Part shown: in pieces, positions 19,931 to 28,988 of the stretch
Layout of the letters: the number at the start of each line of letters is the position of its first letter
How positions within the stretch are numbered: the stretch's first letter is position 1
Source: a virus
DNA length: 64,000 nt
Virus record (IMG/VR): IMGVR_UViG_3300044684_000278
Coordinates: 32,001 to 96,000 of that record
Reading direction: 5' to 3' (one strand)
Made by a program: the position numbers and the translations under genes
The notes under the pieces: generated by a model
Told to the model about the DNA's origin: nothing
Seen by the model: only the letters and a program-made list of their open reading frames with translations
Databases searched by the model: none

Positions 19931-20470
19931 ATGTGTAACTGTAACTGTAATCGTTTCGTCATCAGGAAGAACAACAAGTATCTTCCTACCTTTACTAACT
20001 ATATAGCGGTTCCCACAGATTGTGCGGATGCATATATAAAGCCCGGAGACTGTCCCGGATGTAACCCTTTGCGTTATGCTGTCCGGGAGGATATGGCAAA
20101 CCCCGCGTACCAGGTGGATACCGGTACTGCTGATGGCATTACCATCAATGCCATGGATATTTACTATGGCCTGTCCGGGAAGTATTACACCCAGATCCAG
20201 GTAGACAGCAGTACAGCCTTCACTTTCTACACCTATCCCGGCACTTATGCACCTACCAAAAGAATTGATACAAGCGTACTTTCTCCGGTAGGCACGATCA
20301 CCTATTCAGGTGGGCCTACTATGTCTGCCAGTGACAATGGGGCGGGACAGAGTGTAACCTTAAGCGGGTTTAGTGGGCAGAATGGAAACTTTAGTGTGAT
20401 CATGTATGATCAGAAGCAAGGAAAGGCCATTATCCTCAACAACCTGATCCAGTTTTACCATGAACGTTAA
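19931..20470 (+). CDS. Cys-rich N-terminus + beta-rich domain protein (paralog B)
   Basis: MCNCNCNRF...YIA...D...AYIK..CPGC; similar C-terminal GK.II.NN.I. Confidence 0.7.
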   Translation: MCNCNCNRFVIRKNNKYLPTFTNYIAVPTDCADAYIKPGDCPGCNPLRYAVREDMANPAYQVDTGTADGITINAMDIYYGLSGKYYTQIQVDSSTAFTFYTYPGTYAPTKRIDTSVLSPVGTITYSGGPTMSASDNGAGQSVTLSGFSGQNGNFSVIMYDQKQGKAIILNNLIQFYHER

Positions 20471-20712
20471 ACCTGGGCTATCTTGGCTCCCACAATGAAG
20501 GTCTCCGCTGTATCATTGTCAAACCTGACAAGATAGGCATCAACACCATTCATAGAGACACTTCCTGTGACCACACCCTGGTCCTGCTCAAAGTGTACAT
20601 CCTTATCTTCCCGTACTACTTTTTTTACCCTTTGACCAAGCTTGATCTTGCATCTCGGATCCCCTGAGTGCAGGAGCTCTAAGATGGCAGGGTTGAGGTC
20701 ATGTAAGATCAT
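20467..20712 (-). CDS. Small SH3-like hypothetical protein
   Basis: KLGQRVKK...GVV...YLVRFD. Confidence 0.55.
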   Translation of the reverse strand: MILHDLNPAILELLHSGDPRCKIKLGQRVKKVVREDKDVHFEQDQGVVTGSVSMNGVDAYLVRFDNDTAETFIVGAKIAQV

Positions 20713-20769
20713 AATGATAAGTTGTTAATGAATCCGGACTAATATAAGAATCAGTCCGGATTTTTTTTG

Positions 20770-22023
20770 TTACTTGTTTAATTGTGCATCTGTTTCCGGA
20801 GTCACATTGATATACTTCCCACCTGTACGCTCACAAAGACTTTTCAGCTCATTGTTAGGTCCGTTGTAAAGAGTGATGGCATTGGTCTTCCAGGTAAGCT
20901 TGTCTGTCTTCACGCTATCCTGGCCATCGTTGATCACCAGGATCTCCGGCTGATCTACGGACAGGTCAATGTTCAGATTGAACAGCTTGTGGTTTTCCAT
21001 GATCTCTTTACGGATCCTGTCAATGATGAGTCCCACTTCTGTGTCTCCACCACTGGGGTTATTGTTGAAGTGTTTCCAGAACTCCAGGGCAGTCTCCCGG
21101 TTATAGATATGATACCATTTAAACGTACCATGCTCCAGGTTGTTTTTGGTCAGGAAGAAGCAGAAGAAGATCTCACACTCTTCCTTGATACAGTAAGATA
21201 ACCTGTCGGCCACGATGGACATCACCCACTGTTGTTTCTGTGGGGAGTTCATGGATCCTGAAAAGTCCACCAGCATGATGATCTTCTGCTTGGACTCTTC
21301 ACTTGTTACCGGGGTGTTGACGATCAGGTCCTTGGTTACCAGTTTCTGGTTGAAGTTGGGCATCATACGCTGATACAGCTGGCTGTTTACCAGCTCACCA
21401 TATTCTGCCATCCTTTTCTGCTTATGTACCTGGGAGTTGGTCACCCTTCTCTCATGCACCACCTTCTTGATCTCAAAGCTCTTACCGAAGGCTTCCACCA
21501 TGGCAATCCGCTGCATCATATCCAGCCTTTTATCAAAGTCCTGCATGTCTGCCCGGTTGTCAAAGAGCTCATTTATAGTAGAAGACTCAAACTGCTCCTC
21601 ATCCGGCACGCCAACAAATACCTCTGTGAGGTCTTTCTCCGTCATCTTATCCGGGGAAGGCATAGCTCCGCCCTTTTGTTTCTGCTTCCGCTTCATCAGC
21701 ATGAGCAGGTTCATAGCCTTGTCCAAAGGAGAGATGCCAGGAACAAACTTGGTCCTTAAAGCCTCATAGAATCCTTCCTTGGCGTTTGCCCTTTCCAGCT
21801 CCTCCGGACTTAGCTTAGCCGGATCTTTGTATTTATCTTCCACGATGTCATAGGACATCACCATCTTGTGGTAGAAGAAACGGGCCAGCTCTTTGGCTAC
21901 ATGGGTATTCTGCAGGTCAAGACCCTTGCGGTGGAGAGTGCTCTCCACCACATAGGTCATTGGGGTCCAGTAATACTCATGTTCCCGTATGTAAAAATCT
22001 TCTTGCTTATTTCTCAATAACAT
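20770..22023 (-). CDS. vWA (MIDAS) domain protein (pair 2)
   Basis: DFSGSM, GGDT, INDG. Confidence 0.85.
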   Translation of the reverse strand: MLLRNKQEDFYIREHEYYWTPMTYVVESTLHRKGLDLQNTHVAKELARFFYHKMVMSYDIVEDKYKDPAKLSPEELERANAKEGFYEALRTKFVPGISPLDKAMNLLMLMKRKQKQKGGAMPSPDKMTEKDLTEVFVGVPDEEQFESSTINELFDNRADMQDFDKRLDMMQRIAMVEAFGKSFEIKKVVHERRVTNSQVHKQKRMAEYGELVNSQLYQRMMPNFNQKLVTKDLIVNTPVTSEESKQKIIMLVDFSGSMNSPQKQQWVMSIVADRLSYCIKEECEIFFCFFLTKNNLEHGTFKWYHIYNRETALEFWKHFNNNPSGGDTEVGLIIDRIRKEIMENHKLFNLNIDLSVDQPEILVINDGQDSVKTDKLTWKTNAITLYNGPNNELKSLCERTGGKYINVTPETDAQLNK

Positions 22024-23146
22024 CTTGGATCTCCTTCAGTTTAGATTGTAAGAATTTTTCATAGCCGGATACGCGGCCACTGATCTGTTTCATCAGCTCG
22101 TCATCCACCTTCTTGGCTTTCAGAGTCTGAATATCCGCATGGATCTCTTTCAGTACCACTTTGGCACGACGAACATTGTCCAGGGAATTCAGGGTGACAC
22201 TATTGGCCTCTTTGATGTTACCATCAATCTTAGCTATCAGGTCCTCAATCACCTGTACATTTTTGTACTTGGAGATCTCAGCATCCACCAGGGATTTGTT
22301 CTTGCCAGAGAAATCTGCCATGAACTTCAGGCCACCCATATCACCACCGGTCTTCTCCAGGATACGGGCTGCTTTAATGGCAGTACGCGGAGAAACCACG
22401 GTTCCGTTCTGGGCCAGTTTCTCCATGATATAAGAAAGCTGGCTGAATGGCTTGCCGAACATTTTGTTGAACATGAAGGAATAAGTATCCTTAGTGTATG
22501 CATTCCACTCTACTTTATACTCTAAAGGAAAACGTTCCATGAGGGCCTTCAGTGAGTCGTTCTTGGTGAACTCTTCACGGGTCTTGTTAGTACAGCACAC
22601 GATGAGCTTGGTCTTGATCTCAAATACCTGTGTGCCGTTACGGAACTTGCCGGAGGTCAGGATGTCTTTTAACTGTTCCAGGATATAATCCGGAGCATCC
22701 ATCAACTCTTCAAAGATCACGTACTCAAAGTTCATGAAAGAGTTTTCTACCAGGAATTCCAGGGCACCTGTGTCATTGAACTTCTTGATGTCAATGCCAC
22801 CAAACAGGGAATCGGTAGTAGTACCGCTACCCATTGTCTTTACAAACGGCTCAATACCTTTTGATTCAAAGAAGTATTCAGTGAACTCTGATTTACCGTG
22901 ACCGCCTTTACCAAACAGGATGATATTCTCTCCGGTCAGGAGTGCCAAGTCAAGGGCCTTGTTCAGATCTTCCATGAATACGAACTTGGTAGGATCTGAT
23001 TTGGTTTTTGGAGCAGCAGCAGGAGCTTCTGCAGGAGCAGGAGTTTCTTTTCCGGTTTCAGCTTGAGCTGATTTGTTTTTTAACATGCTTGGTGCTTTGA
23101 TAGCCACACCATTGGTTTTCTTTACTGCTGTTTCAGTGGTACTCAT
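22007..23146 (-). CDS. MoxR-like AAA+ ATPase (pair 2)
   Basis: Walker A GKGGHGKS, variant Walker B VIFEE, CTN, MERFP; likely start MSTTET. Confidence 0.85.
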   Translation of the reverse strand: MSTTETAVKKTNGVAIKAPSMLKNKSAQAETGKETPAPAEAPAAAPKTKSDPTKFVFMEDLNKALDLALLTGENIILFGKGGHGKSEFTEYFFESKGIEPFVKTMGSGTTTDSLFGGIDIKKFNDTGALEFLVENSFMNFEYVIFEELMDAPDYILEQLKDILTSGKFRNGTQVFEIKTKLIVCCTNKTREEFTKNDSLKALMERFPLEYKVEWNAYTKDTYSFMFNKMFGKPFSQLSYIMEKLAQNGTVVSPRTAIKAARILEKTGGDMGGLKFMADFSGKNKSLVDAEISKYKNVQVIEDLIAKIDGNIKEANSVTLNSLDNVRRAKVVLKEIHADIQTLKAKKVDDELMKQISGRVSGYEKFLQSKLKEIQDVIEK

Positions 23147-23180
23147 GATTTTTGTGTTGATTAAATAGTGAATTATTTTG

Positions 23181-23465
23181 TTAACTGTTTTTTGCTTGTA
23201 GCTGTAAAGCCAGCCGGTCAAGGGCTGACTCAATTAGAATAATAGTGTCGGAGAGGGGATCTTTAGCAAGTTCTCTCCAGTAGTAACGACCTTCCTGGCC
23301 GTCCTCCCAGCGGACTCCTGCACCTATATCGGAGATCCATTTTGTGATGATCCCCTTTTTACCCTCTCCTCTCTTGGTTCGGTCGTTGCTGGATTTTATA
23401 CCTTCCTCAGAGATGATAACCTTTGTTCCTACCGGACCAGTACTTTGGGTAAGGTGCTTAGACAT
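23181..23465 (-). CDS. Conserved C-terminal helix family member
   Basis: VGTKV...G...VRWEDG...Y head; tail LIESALDRLALQLQ. Confidence 0.7.
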   Translation of the reverse strand: MSKHLTQSTGPVGTKVIISEEGIKSSNDRTKRGEGKKGIITKWISDIGAGVRWEDGQEGRYYWRELAKDPLSDTIILIESALDRLALQLQAKNS

Positions 23466-23793
23466 AGAACGGACTTAGTTTTTGCTTTTGCTTTTTCTCG
23501 TGCTTATCCAGCTCTATGAGTGTCTGGCGGATCAGCTCCGCACAGTTATCACACTTCTCCTGGAGGATCTTTTCTTCTGAAGGAACATATACCAGCTCCT
23601 TCATGTAATAGGCTTCCCGGTGACCGTTGGACCACAGCACGTAGCATGTGTTTCCACTACTACCATCAAGTGTCCCGATCATACCTTTACCATTTTTAAT
23701 ACGGTCTTCATGGGGAGGTGCGGTGGGACTTAACTCTACCTCAGCCCCCTTCTGGTAGTTTCCTTCGTTTACCTGGACTTTTTGTTTTGTCAT
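23458..23793 (-). CDS. SH3-like protein, divergent family member
   Basis: G...VLWSNG..Y head; tail LIRQTLIELDKHEKK. Confidence 0.6.
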   Translation of the reverse strand: MTKQKVQVNEGNYQKGAEVELSPTAPPHEDRIKNGKGMIGTLDGSSGNTCYVLWSNGHREAYYMKELVYVPSEEKILQEKCDNCAELIRQTLIELDKHEKKQKQKLSPFYV

Positions 23794-24032
23794 GTTTCAA
23801 AAGTTTCAATGGTTTTGATAATGTTTTGGAGGGCATTCCAGAAGGACTTGTCTTCTCTCATCTCTTCCAGCTCCCCATCCGTTGGTTTACGGATGGCCTG
23901 GTTATCCTCAAAGAGCAGGATACTTTTGCAATGGAAGCAGATGCTGACATCACCTTTGGAAGGCCGCACATCTTTCTGATAAGTTTCGTGATTGTTTAAT
24001 TGGGTTGAACAATAGGGACACGGTATACTCAT
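23790..24032 (-). CDS. Zinc-ribbon protein
   Basis: CPYC...CFHC. Confidence 0.6.
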   Translation of the reverse strand: MSIPCPYCSTQLNNHETYQKDVRPSKGDVSICFHCKSILLFEDNQAIRKPTDGELEEMREDKSFWNALQNIIKTIETFET

Positions 24033-24052
24033 AGTTTTTCAGGGAAATGGAA

Positions 24053-24589
24053 TCAGAGTTTTAACTTGTTACGTATGTTTAAGAGTTTCTGTTTGTAGCT
24101 GTCATCCTTTGAATAGAACTTGCTGATATAATTCACCCAGGAAGACTCTGAGGAGATGTTCTCCGGATCTTCTACAAAGCCCTGCCACATGGCATAGTCA
24201 ATACAGCTTTGTCTCCAGTGTGAATAATAAGCATGGTTGTTCTTTTCTCCCAGGGCTGTGGTTGGACGGTGTTCGGCCAGCTTCATTCCGAAGAGATTGT
24301 TGTTTTCATTGAATACCTTAGAGGATCCATTGGCGGATTCCAGTTTCATTTGTGCAATAGCTACTTCCGGGTACTTGACGTGTAGCTGTCTTAAATAATC
24401 ACGAACCTTGATCTCAGAAAAGGGGTCATTGAGATCATAGACGATCTGGGTGCTTACGCTCTGTTGTGTAACTGTCTTAGGTTCCTGGAACCTGGCTGTA
24501 TAGGCTATGTAGCAGAAGCCTATCAGCAAAACAGCAAGAAAGATGATGGTTACAACGTCTCTGATTGATACTTTTTTTAATAGTTGCAT
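24053..24589 (-). CDS. Membrane-anchored glucosaminidase-domain (GH73) peptidoglycan hydrolase
   Basis: N-terminal TM; AIAQMKLES, NNNLFGMK, Y..W..S..DY. Confidence 0.8.
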   Translation of the reverse strand: MQLLKKVSIRDVVTIIFLAVLLIGFCYIAYTARFQEPKTVTQQSVSTQIVYDLNDPFSEIKVRDYLRQLHVKYPEVAIAQMKLESANGSSKVFNENNNLFGMKLAEHRPTTALGEKNNHAYYSHWRQSCIDYAMWQGFVEDPENISSESSWVNYISKFYSKDDSYKQKLLNIRNKLKL

Positions 24590-24608
24590 TAGGGTAGGGT
24601 TAAATAAG

Positions 24609-24767
24609 AGGACCAACCTAACCCCTTAGTTGATCCTTGATCAGGTGCCAGAGGTCAGCCTCAGCTCTTCTATCCGTCATAGCCTTTTGGAGGTAAGAAC
24701 CTCACTCCGGGATATGATCAGATTTACGCTCTGCTTGTGTGGGAGCAAGGGATTCACCTGTTGGTCT
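24609..24767 (-). ncRNA. Candidate structured cis-regulatory RNA upstream of the GH73 gene
   Basis: Nested stems GACCAAC/GUUGGUC, CAGGUG/CACCUG, CAGAG/CUCUG, UCAUA/UAUGA, GAGGU/ACCUC. Confidence 0.5.
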
Positions 24768-24955
24768 TAATAGCAATCCCTGGCACGCTGTTCGTTCCAT
24801 TGCTGCTCTTTGATCTGATCCACTTCTTCTGAAGAGAGATCAGATGAGAATACGTTTGACTGTGTCTGGTATGAATCCCTTACGTAAGCAGGATCTTTTT
24901 TTTGTATGTCTGCTATAGATTCTCCGGCATACTTGCCTCTTGTAAACTTTGTCAT
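24767..24955 (-). CDS. Small protein with F..GKY.G..I.DI...DP.Y motif (DUF3820/ExoX C-terminal-like)
   Basis: Motif recognition. Confidence 0.5.
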   Translation of the reverse strand: MTKFTRGKYAGESIADIQKKDPAYVRDSYQTQSNVFSSDLSSEEVDQIKEQQWNEQRARDCY

Positions 24956-24971
24956 AGTGATTTGATTTTTG

Positions 24972-25042
24972 CACGGGCAGACAGACTCGAACTGCCAATC
25001 TCCTCCTCAAATGGGGTGTCCTATCCATTAGACGATACCCGT
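24972..25042 (-). tRNA. tRNA-like gene with aberrant anticodon arm (Gln/Glu-like; possible pseudo-tRNA)
   Basis: Acceptor ACGGGTA/TGCCCGT, D arm GTCTAATGGATAGGAC, T arm GGCAG-TTCGAGT-CTGTC; anticodon arm shortened (CCCC ATTTGA GGAGG). Confidence 0.6.
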
Positions 25043-25077
25043 GTGTAGTAAGCCCGGATCACTCCGGGACTTAAAGC

Positions 25078-25365
25078 TTATTTTACCTGGAACACAGTGC
25101 CACCAATTCTTACAGAACGGAGGGTACGGGGATCCACGTTTTTGAATGATTTGGATTTGGTCTCCTTAACAGGGAGGTAACCAAGGTTGGTCAGGGTCTG
25201 ACCTTTGGCCACTTTACAGTTCATGGTGCGTTCCTCTTCATTTTTCTTCTGAAAAGTCACGGTCAGGAACCGGCCATTGGACTGGTATCTCATCAGGTCT
25301 ACCAGTGCAGTACGTGATACTTTTTGAATGCTTGGAGCAGCTTGCTCCATTTGTTTGGTTGCCAT
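25078..25365 (-). CDS. Sm/SH3-like beta-barrel protein (WYL_2-like)
   Basis: FLTVTFQKKNEEERTMNC pattern. Confidence 0.55.
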   Translation of the reverse strand: MATKQMEQAAPSIQKVSRTALVDLMRYQSNGRFLTVTFQKKNEEERTMNCKVAKGQTLTNLGYLPVKETKSKSFKNVDPRTLRSVRIGGTVFQVK

Positions 25366-25398
25366 AAGGATTTGAATTATTGATTTTTACTTGGTTGA

Positions 25399-25701
25399 TT
25401 AGTCCTCATCATAGAGGATAGTGAACAACATTTTTTCTTCTAACTTTTCCAGCCCTGCATCCAGTTCACCGAAGATGCTATCCAGGCTGGACATTGACTC
25501 ATTATTGGCCCATTCCACACGGTATCCTTTTCCCAATTTTTCATTATACTTCTTGTCCCAGTCATCTATGTGATAAGTGTACTTGGTTCCGGCAGTACCT
25601 ACTTTTCCGTAGGTTGCCACGAACTGATTTCCACTAATCTCTTCCATTTCATAGAACTTATGACTGGAACCGTCCTTAAAAACGAGTCTTGCTTTTTTCA
25701 T
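25399..25701 (-). CDS. WGR-domain protein with the family-type C-terminal helix
   Basis: SHKFYE, TYGKVGTAG, EKLGKGY; tail LDSIFGELDAGLEKLEEKM. Confidence 0.75.
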   Translation of the reverse strand: MKKARLVFKDGSSHKFYEMEEISGNQFVATYGKVGTAGTKYTYHIDDWDKKYNEKLGKGYRVEWANNESMSSLDSIFGELDAGLEKLEEKMLFTILYDED

Positions 25702-25702
25702 T

Positions 25703-26191
25703 TTACTGCTTGTATATAACTACTGTGACATCACAGTACGGAGCCAGTTCCTTCTGGATGATCTCTTTGATCCGATTCCAATCCCCACCGGCAAGTCCGG
25801 CACCGATCTGTGGTAGCCCTACACGCTTTTGAAAATAGCGTGAGGCCAGCTTACGCATAACCAGGGTCAGTGCCTCATAGTCAATATCTCCCTTGGGATT
25901 GCCATAACCAAACTGGGTGTAGGCATTCACTACATCCAGGAAGGATGTCTTGGGAGAGCTTCGGGCATCCAGTACAAACCGCATGGCTTCTATCTGTCCT
26001 ATCTTATTTACGTCCCCTTTGTACTCCTTGGCTTCCATCGGATAGGTATCCGTAGCAAAGGCAGCTACCATCTGGGTAGCCAGTCCTTTTTTCTGTGTAC
26101 AGAAACAGTTGCAGCCATGGGCTATGGCATCAAAATGACCCTCCCTGGCCAGGGTTATGAGGTTTCCCTCTACTTCATTGTATGTCCCCAT
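25703..26191 (-). CDS. Macro domain protein (ADP-ribose binding/hydrolase)
   Basis: GNLI, AHGCNC, YTQ, PQIGAGLAGGDW. Confidence 0.88.
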   Translation of the reverse strand: MGTYNEVEGNLITLAREGHFDAIAHGCNCFCTQKKGLATQMVAAFATDTYPMEAKEYKGDVNKIGQIEAMRFVLDARSSPKTSFLDVVNAYTQFGYGNPKGDIDYEALTLVMRKLASRYFQKRVGLPQIGAGLAGGDWNRIKEIIQKELAPYCDVTVVIYKQ

Positions 26192-26233
26192 AGTGTAAGT
26201 TGTTCCGGTTGACCTCCACCGGAAGGATTAAGG

Positions 26234-27304
26234 TTAAAATACCAGTTTGTAGGTACGAAGCTGCTTCATGATCAGCTTGTTGTGTGGCACCTGCCATGGA
26301 TCTGATGGTTTGTTCTTCAGTTCCAGTACCATAATGCCTTCTTCCGGCTGGGTGATATTGCAGTCTGCAAAGACTACCCTTGTGGTGTAATCGAAAAGCG
26401 GACTTTCCATGTCATCCCACTGCTCATCTGTCCAGCCTTTAGGTTTACTTGGGTTATGACTCCTGGAAAACATGAAGCTTTCTGCATCACCCTGGATCTC
26501 CACATATTGCTGAAGCTGAATCTTCCCGTCAATCTCTTCAAAGAGCTCATACTTCTTTTTCTCACTTTCCAGGTTCAGGTGGGATCCGCATACCAGAGCG
26601 TCCTCGTTAAAGAGATTCATTTCTTTGATGAGGTTCACCAGCAGGTCAAACGTCTGCATGTTGATCTTCTTGAAGAACTGGTAGATGGACTCTCTGTGCT
26701 CTTTGTTGACCAGCATGTCATCAATCACTTCATCCATAGTGGCCTGATCCAGGTCTATGTAATCCTTACGGTATTTCACGCGGTTCAACCGGTTCATGAG
26801 AAAATTATTAATTCTCATCTCATTCACCGTAAGCAGGAAAATGAACCGGGTTGGATAGTTACCATCCATAAGCAACAGCAGATCATTGCTCTTCTCGTTG
26901 TTGGCATACACTTTTTCAAATTCATCAATGAAGATGATAGCATCCGGGAACTGGGTGATGTAATCAATAAAGTCACTACCAAAGAATGGTTCGGTGATCA
27001 TGATTACCGGTTTGTTTGCTTCTACACAGAACTTCTGTGCAGTAATAGTTTTACCAGAACCTTTCAGACCAGAGAGGATGATACCCATGTTTTTCTCAGA
27101 ATTCTCCTGGTATGATTTCAGCCAGCGGTGTACAATAGAGTGATCTCCATAGATCTTTTTAGGAAGCTTGAATGCTTCTTTCTTTACCAGGTAGTAGCCT
27201 TCTTTCGGGCTAAACTTGAGCATGTAGTTGCCTACCGGTAATTTGTCATGAGTGGCTGTTACGCTTGCTGTCGTGAAGACACCATTTGATTCAATGATTT
27301 TCAT
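26234..27304 (-). CDS. AAA+ ATPase (phage family)
   Basis: GLKGSGKT, FIDEFEK, LLMDG, NRLNR. Confidence 0.85.
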   Translation of the reverse strand: MKIIESNGVFTTASVTATHDKLPVGNYMLKFSPKEGYYLVKKEAFKLPKKIYGDHSIVHRWLKSYQENSEKNMGIILSGLKGSGKTITAQKFCVEANKPVIMITEPFFGSDFIDYITQFPDAIIFIDEFEKVYANNEKSNDLLLLMDGNYPTRFIFLLTVNEMRINNFLMNRLNRVKYRKDYIDLDQATMDEVIDDMLVNKEHRESIYQFFKKINMQTFDLLVNLIKEMNLFNEDALVCGSHLNLESEKKKYELFEEIDGKIQLQQYVEIQGDAESFMFSRSHNPSKPKGWTDEQWDDMESPLFDYTTRVVFADCNITQPEEGIMVLELKNKPSDPWQVPHNKLIMKQLRTYKLVF

Positions 27305-27401
27305 ATAATTATCTGTACGGATTAAGTGGGGTGACAAAGCAATAGCCGGTAGCGGTTACCACCGGCTATAAATAGTTTAAATGATGGTTAGTGTTACAGG
27401 T

Positions 27402-28190
27402 TTAGAGGCTTACCTCTTTAGTCTGTTTTTTCTCTGCAGGTGCAGTGATAAAGTGAGCATACCGGGCAAAGAAATCCTTTACCTTCTGCTCATCTGTGCA
27501 TTCTGCAGCAATAGTTTGTTTCTGCTTTCCGATGTAACGGAGCATGACATTGTGGTCGTAGGCTTTGCCCAAAGATCTTACTGTGTTCACAAACTCCTGG
27601 ATGAAGTACTTTTGACAAGTCCTTCCCATCTCCGGCATGAGTTTCATCACTTCTGATGTCTGGGAAACCAATAGTTCAGCGGGGCCCTCATTCACAACGG
27701 TAAAGGTTCCGGTCTTCAGGGCTGAGTTGATACGGTGACCGAAGAAAAAGCCTGTATTGCTTAAGATACCTGCTGCTATGGTGATCTCTATATCATACTT
27801 GTTATAGATAACCATCAGCTTGCGGTAGTCCGGCTTGATACTGCTCCAGGCATGGATGTAATCATCCAGCTTCCAGGATTTGGAGCTTGAGTTTAAAAGA
27901 GCAATGGTCTTCACCAGGTCCTCATAATTACTGATGCCATGGATGGTCACGTAAGGAATATCTATACCCAGTGCCATACAAGCTTCATACTTGTGCTGAC
28001 CCTCTATGATATAGGTTTCCTTCTTTCCGGTAATAAAGCTCAGTTCTGCTACAATGATTGCCTGAAGCATTCCTATTTCAGAGATGGATTTTTTCAGCTT
28101 GGCAATGTGTGCAGGGGCTGTTTCACGGTTGATCCCAACTAACTTCTTGAAGCCCTTCTTGGAATCCTTTTTGAGAATTTGGATGTTCAT
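27402..28190 (-). CDS. ParB/Srx-like domain protein
   Basis: INR, IIEGQHKY..C..LG. Confidence 0.7.
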   Translation of the reverse strand: MNIQILKKDSKKGFKKLVGINRETAPAHIAKLKKSISEIGMLQAIIVAELSFITGKKETYIIEGQHKYEACMALGIDIPYVTIHGISNYEDLVKTIALLNSSSKSWKLDDYIHAWSSIKPDYRKLMVIYNKYDIEITIAAGILSNTGFFFGHRINSALKTGTFTVVNEGPAELLVSQTSEVMKLMPEMGRTCQKYFIQEFVNTVRSLGKAYDHNVMLRYIGKQKQTIAAECTDEQKVKDFFARYAHFITAPAEKKQTKEVSL

Positions 28191-28198
28191 AGTTTATA

Positions 28199-28714
28199 CT
28201 AATTGTTACTTGTTTGCTTGTCTTTAAGCATTTGGATGAGCTCCTCCTTGGATTTACTCTTCAGGCTATCTTCAGCAGCAGCCTTCTCTCCGGTTACGGT
28301 CTCTTTCAGGGAGGTTTCCTTAATCTCTTCCTTAATCTTTGTCCTTAACAGTAACATGACTTCCGAAGGGATTTGTCTGGCAGAGGAATCACGGGTCACG
28401 AAATTGCCCACGGCTCCCCCAGCTATGATAATTAATGCATCCTTTTTAGAAGGAGTAATAGCCCATAAGATCCATAGAACAGTCATCATAGTAAAACAAA
28501 ACCAGAAGGTCCTGGAGGTATACTTTCTCCAAGTACGAGCTGATGTTTTATCGTCACTGGTACTGACTGAATCCACAGAAATAATAAATGTTACCCCATA
28601 AACAATTGCGGATATGATGCTGAAAGCCAGGAACCAGTTTGAAAAAATATCAAAAGTGTGCTTGGCACTATCTGCCATGGTCAGCCACCAGAATATTTTG
28701 TACCAGTTAGTCAT
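28199..28714 (-). CDS. Membrane protein
   Basis: Two to three TM segments. Confidence 0.65.
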   Translation of the reverse strand: MTNWYKIFWWLTMADSAKHTFDIFSNWFLAFSIISAIVYGVTFIISVDSVSTSDDKTSARTWRKYTSRTFWFCFTMMTVLWILWAITPSKKDALIIIAGGAVGNFVTRDSSARQIPSEVMLLLRTKIKEEIKETSLKETVTGEKAAAEDSLKSKSKEELIQMLKDKQTSNN

Positions 28715-28988
28715 TGGGCAGTGCCTCCTTTCTGTCTTCCTTGTTAAGGGCCTTGTGAATGGCTTCTTCCATGGCAATGCAGTACTCAGTGGCATCAATA
28801 CAGGCCAGGAACAGAGCTACTATGCCTAAATCCATGGTGAGACCAGCTATCTTGTCACAGAGTTTTTCTATGAAATGGGTAGCAGTCCAATGCCATCCGT
28901 AAATAAATTGAAACAGGATTGTTTCAGCAATGTTGAAGTAGAGGCCCCACCTGACAAGCCAGGACCCTATTTTTAGTTTTTTCTTCAT
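28707..28988 (-). CDS. Small membrane protein
   Basis: Two hydrophobic segments. Confidence 0.55.
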   Translation of the reverse strand: MKKKLKIGSWLVRWGLYFNIAETILFQFIYGWHWTATHFIEKLCDKIAGLTMDLGIVALFLACIDATEYCIAMEEAIHKALNKEDRKEALPND

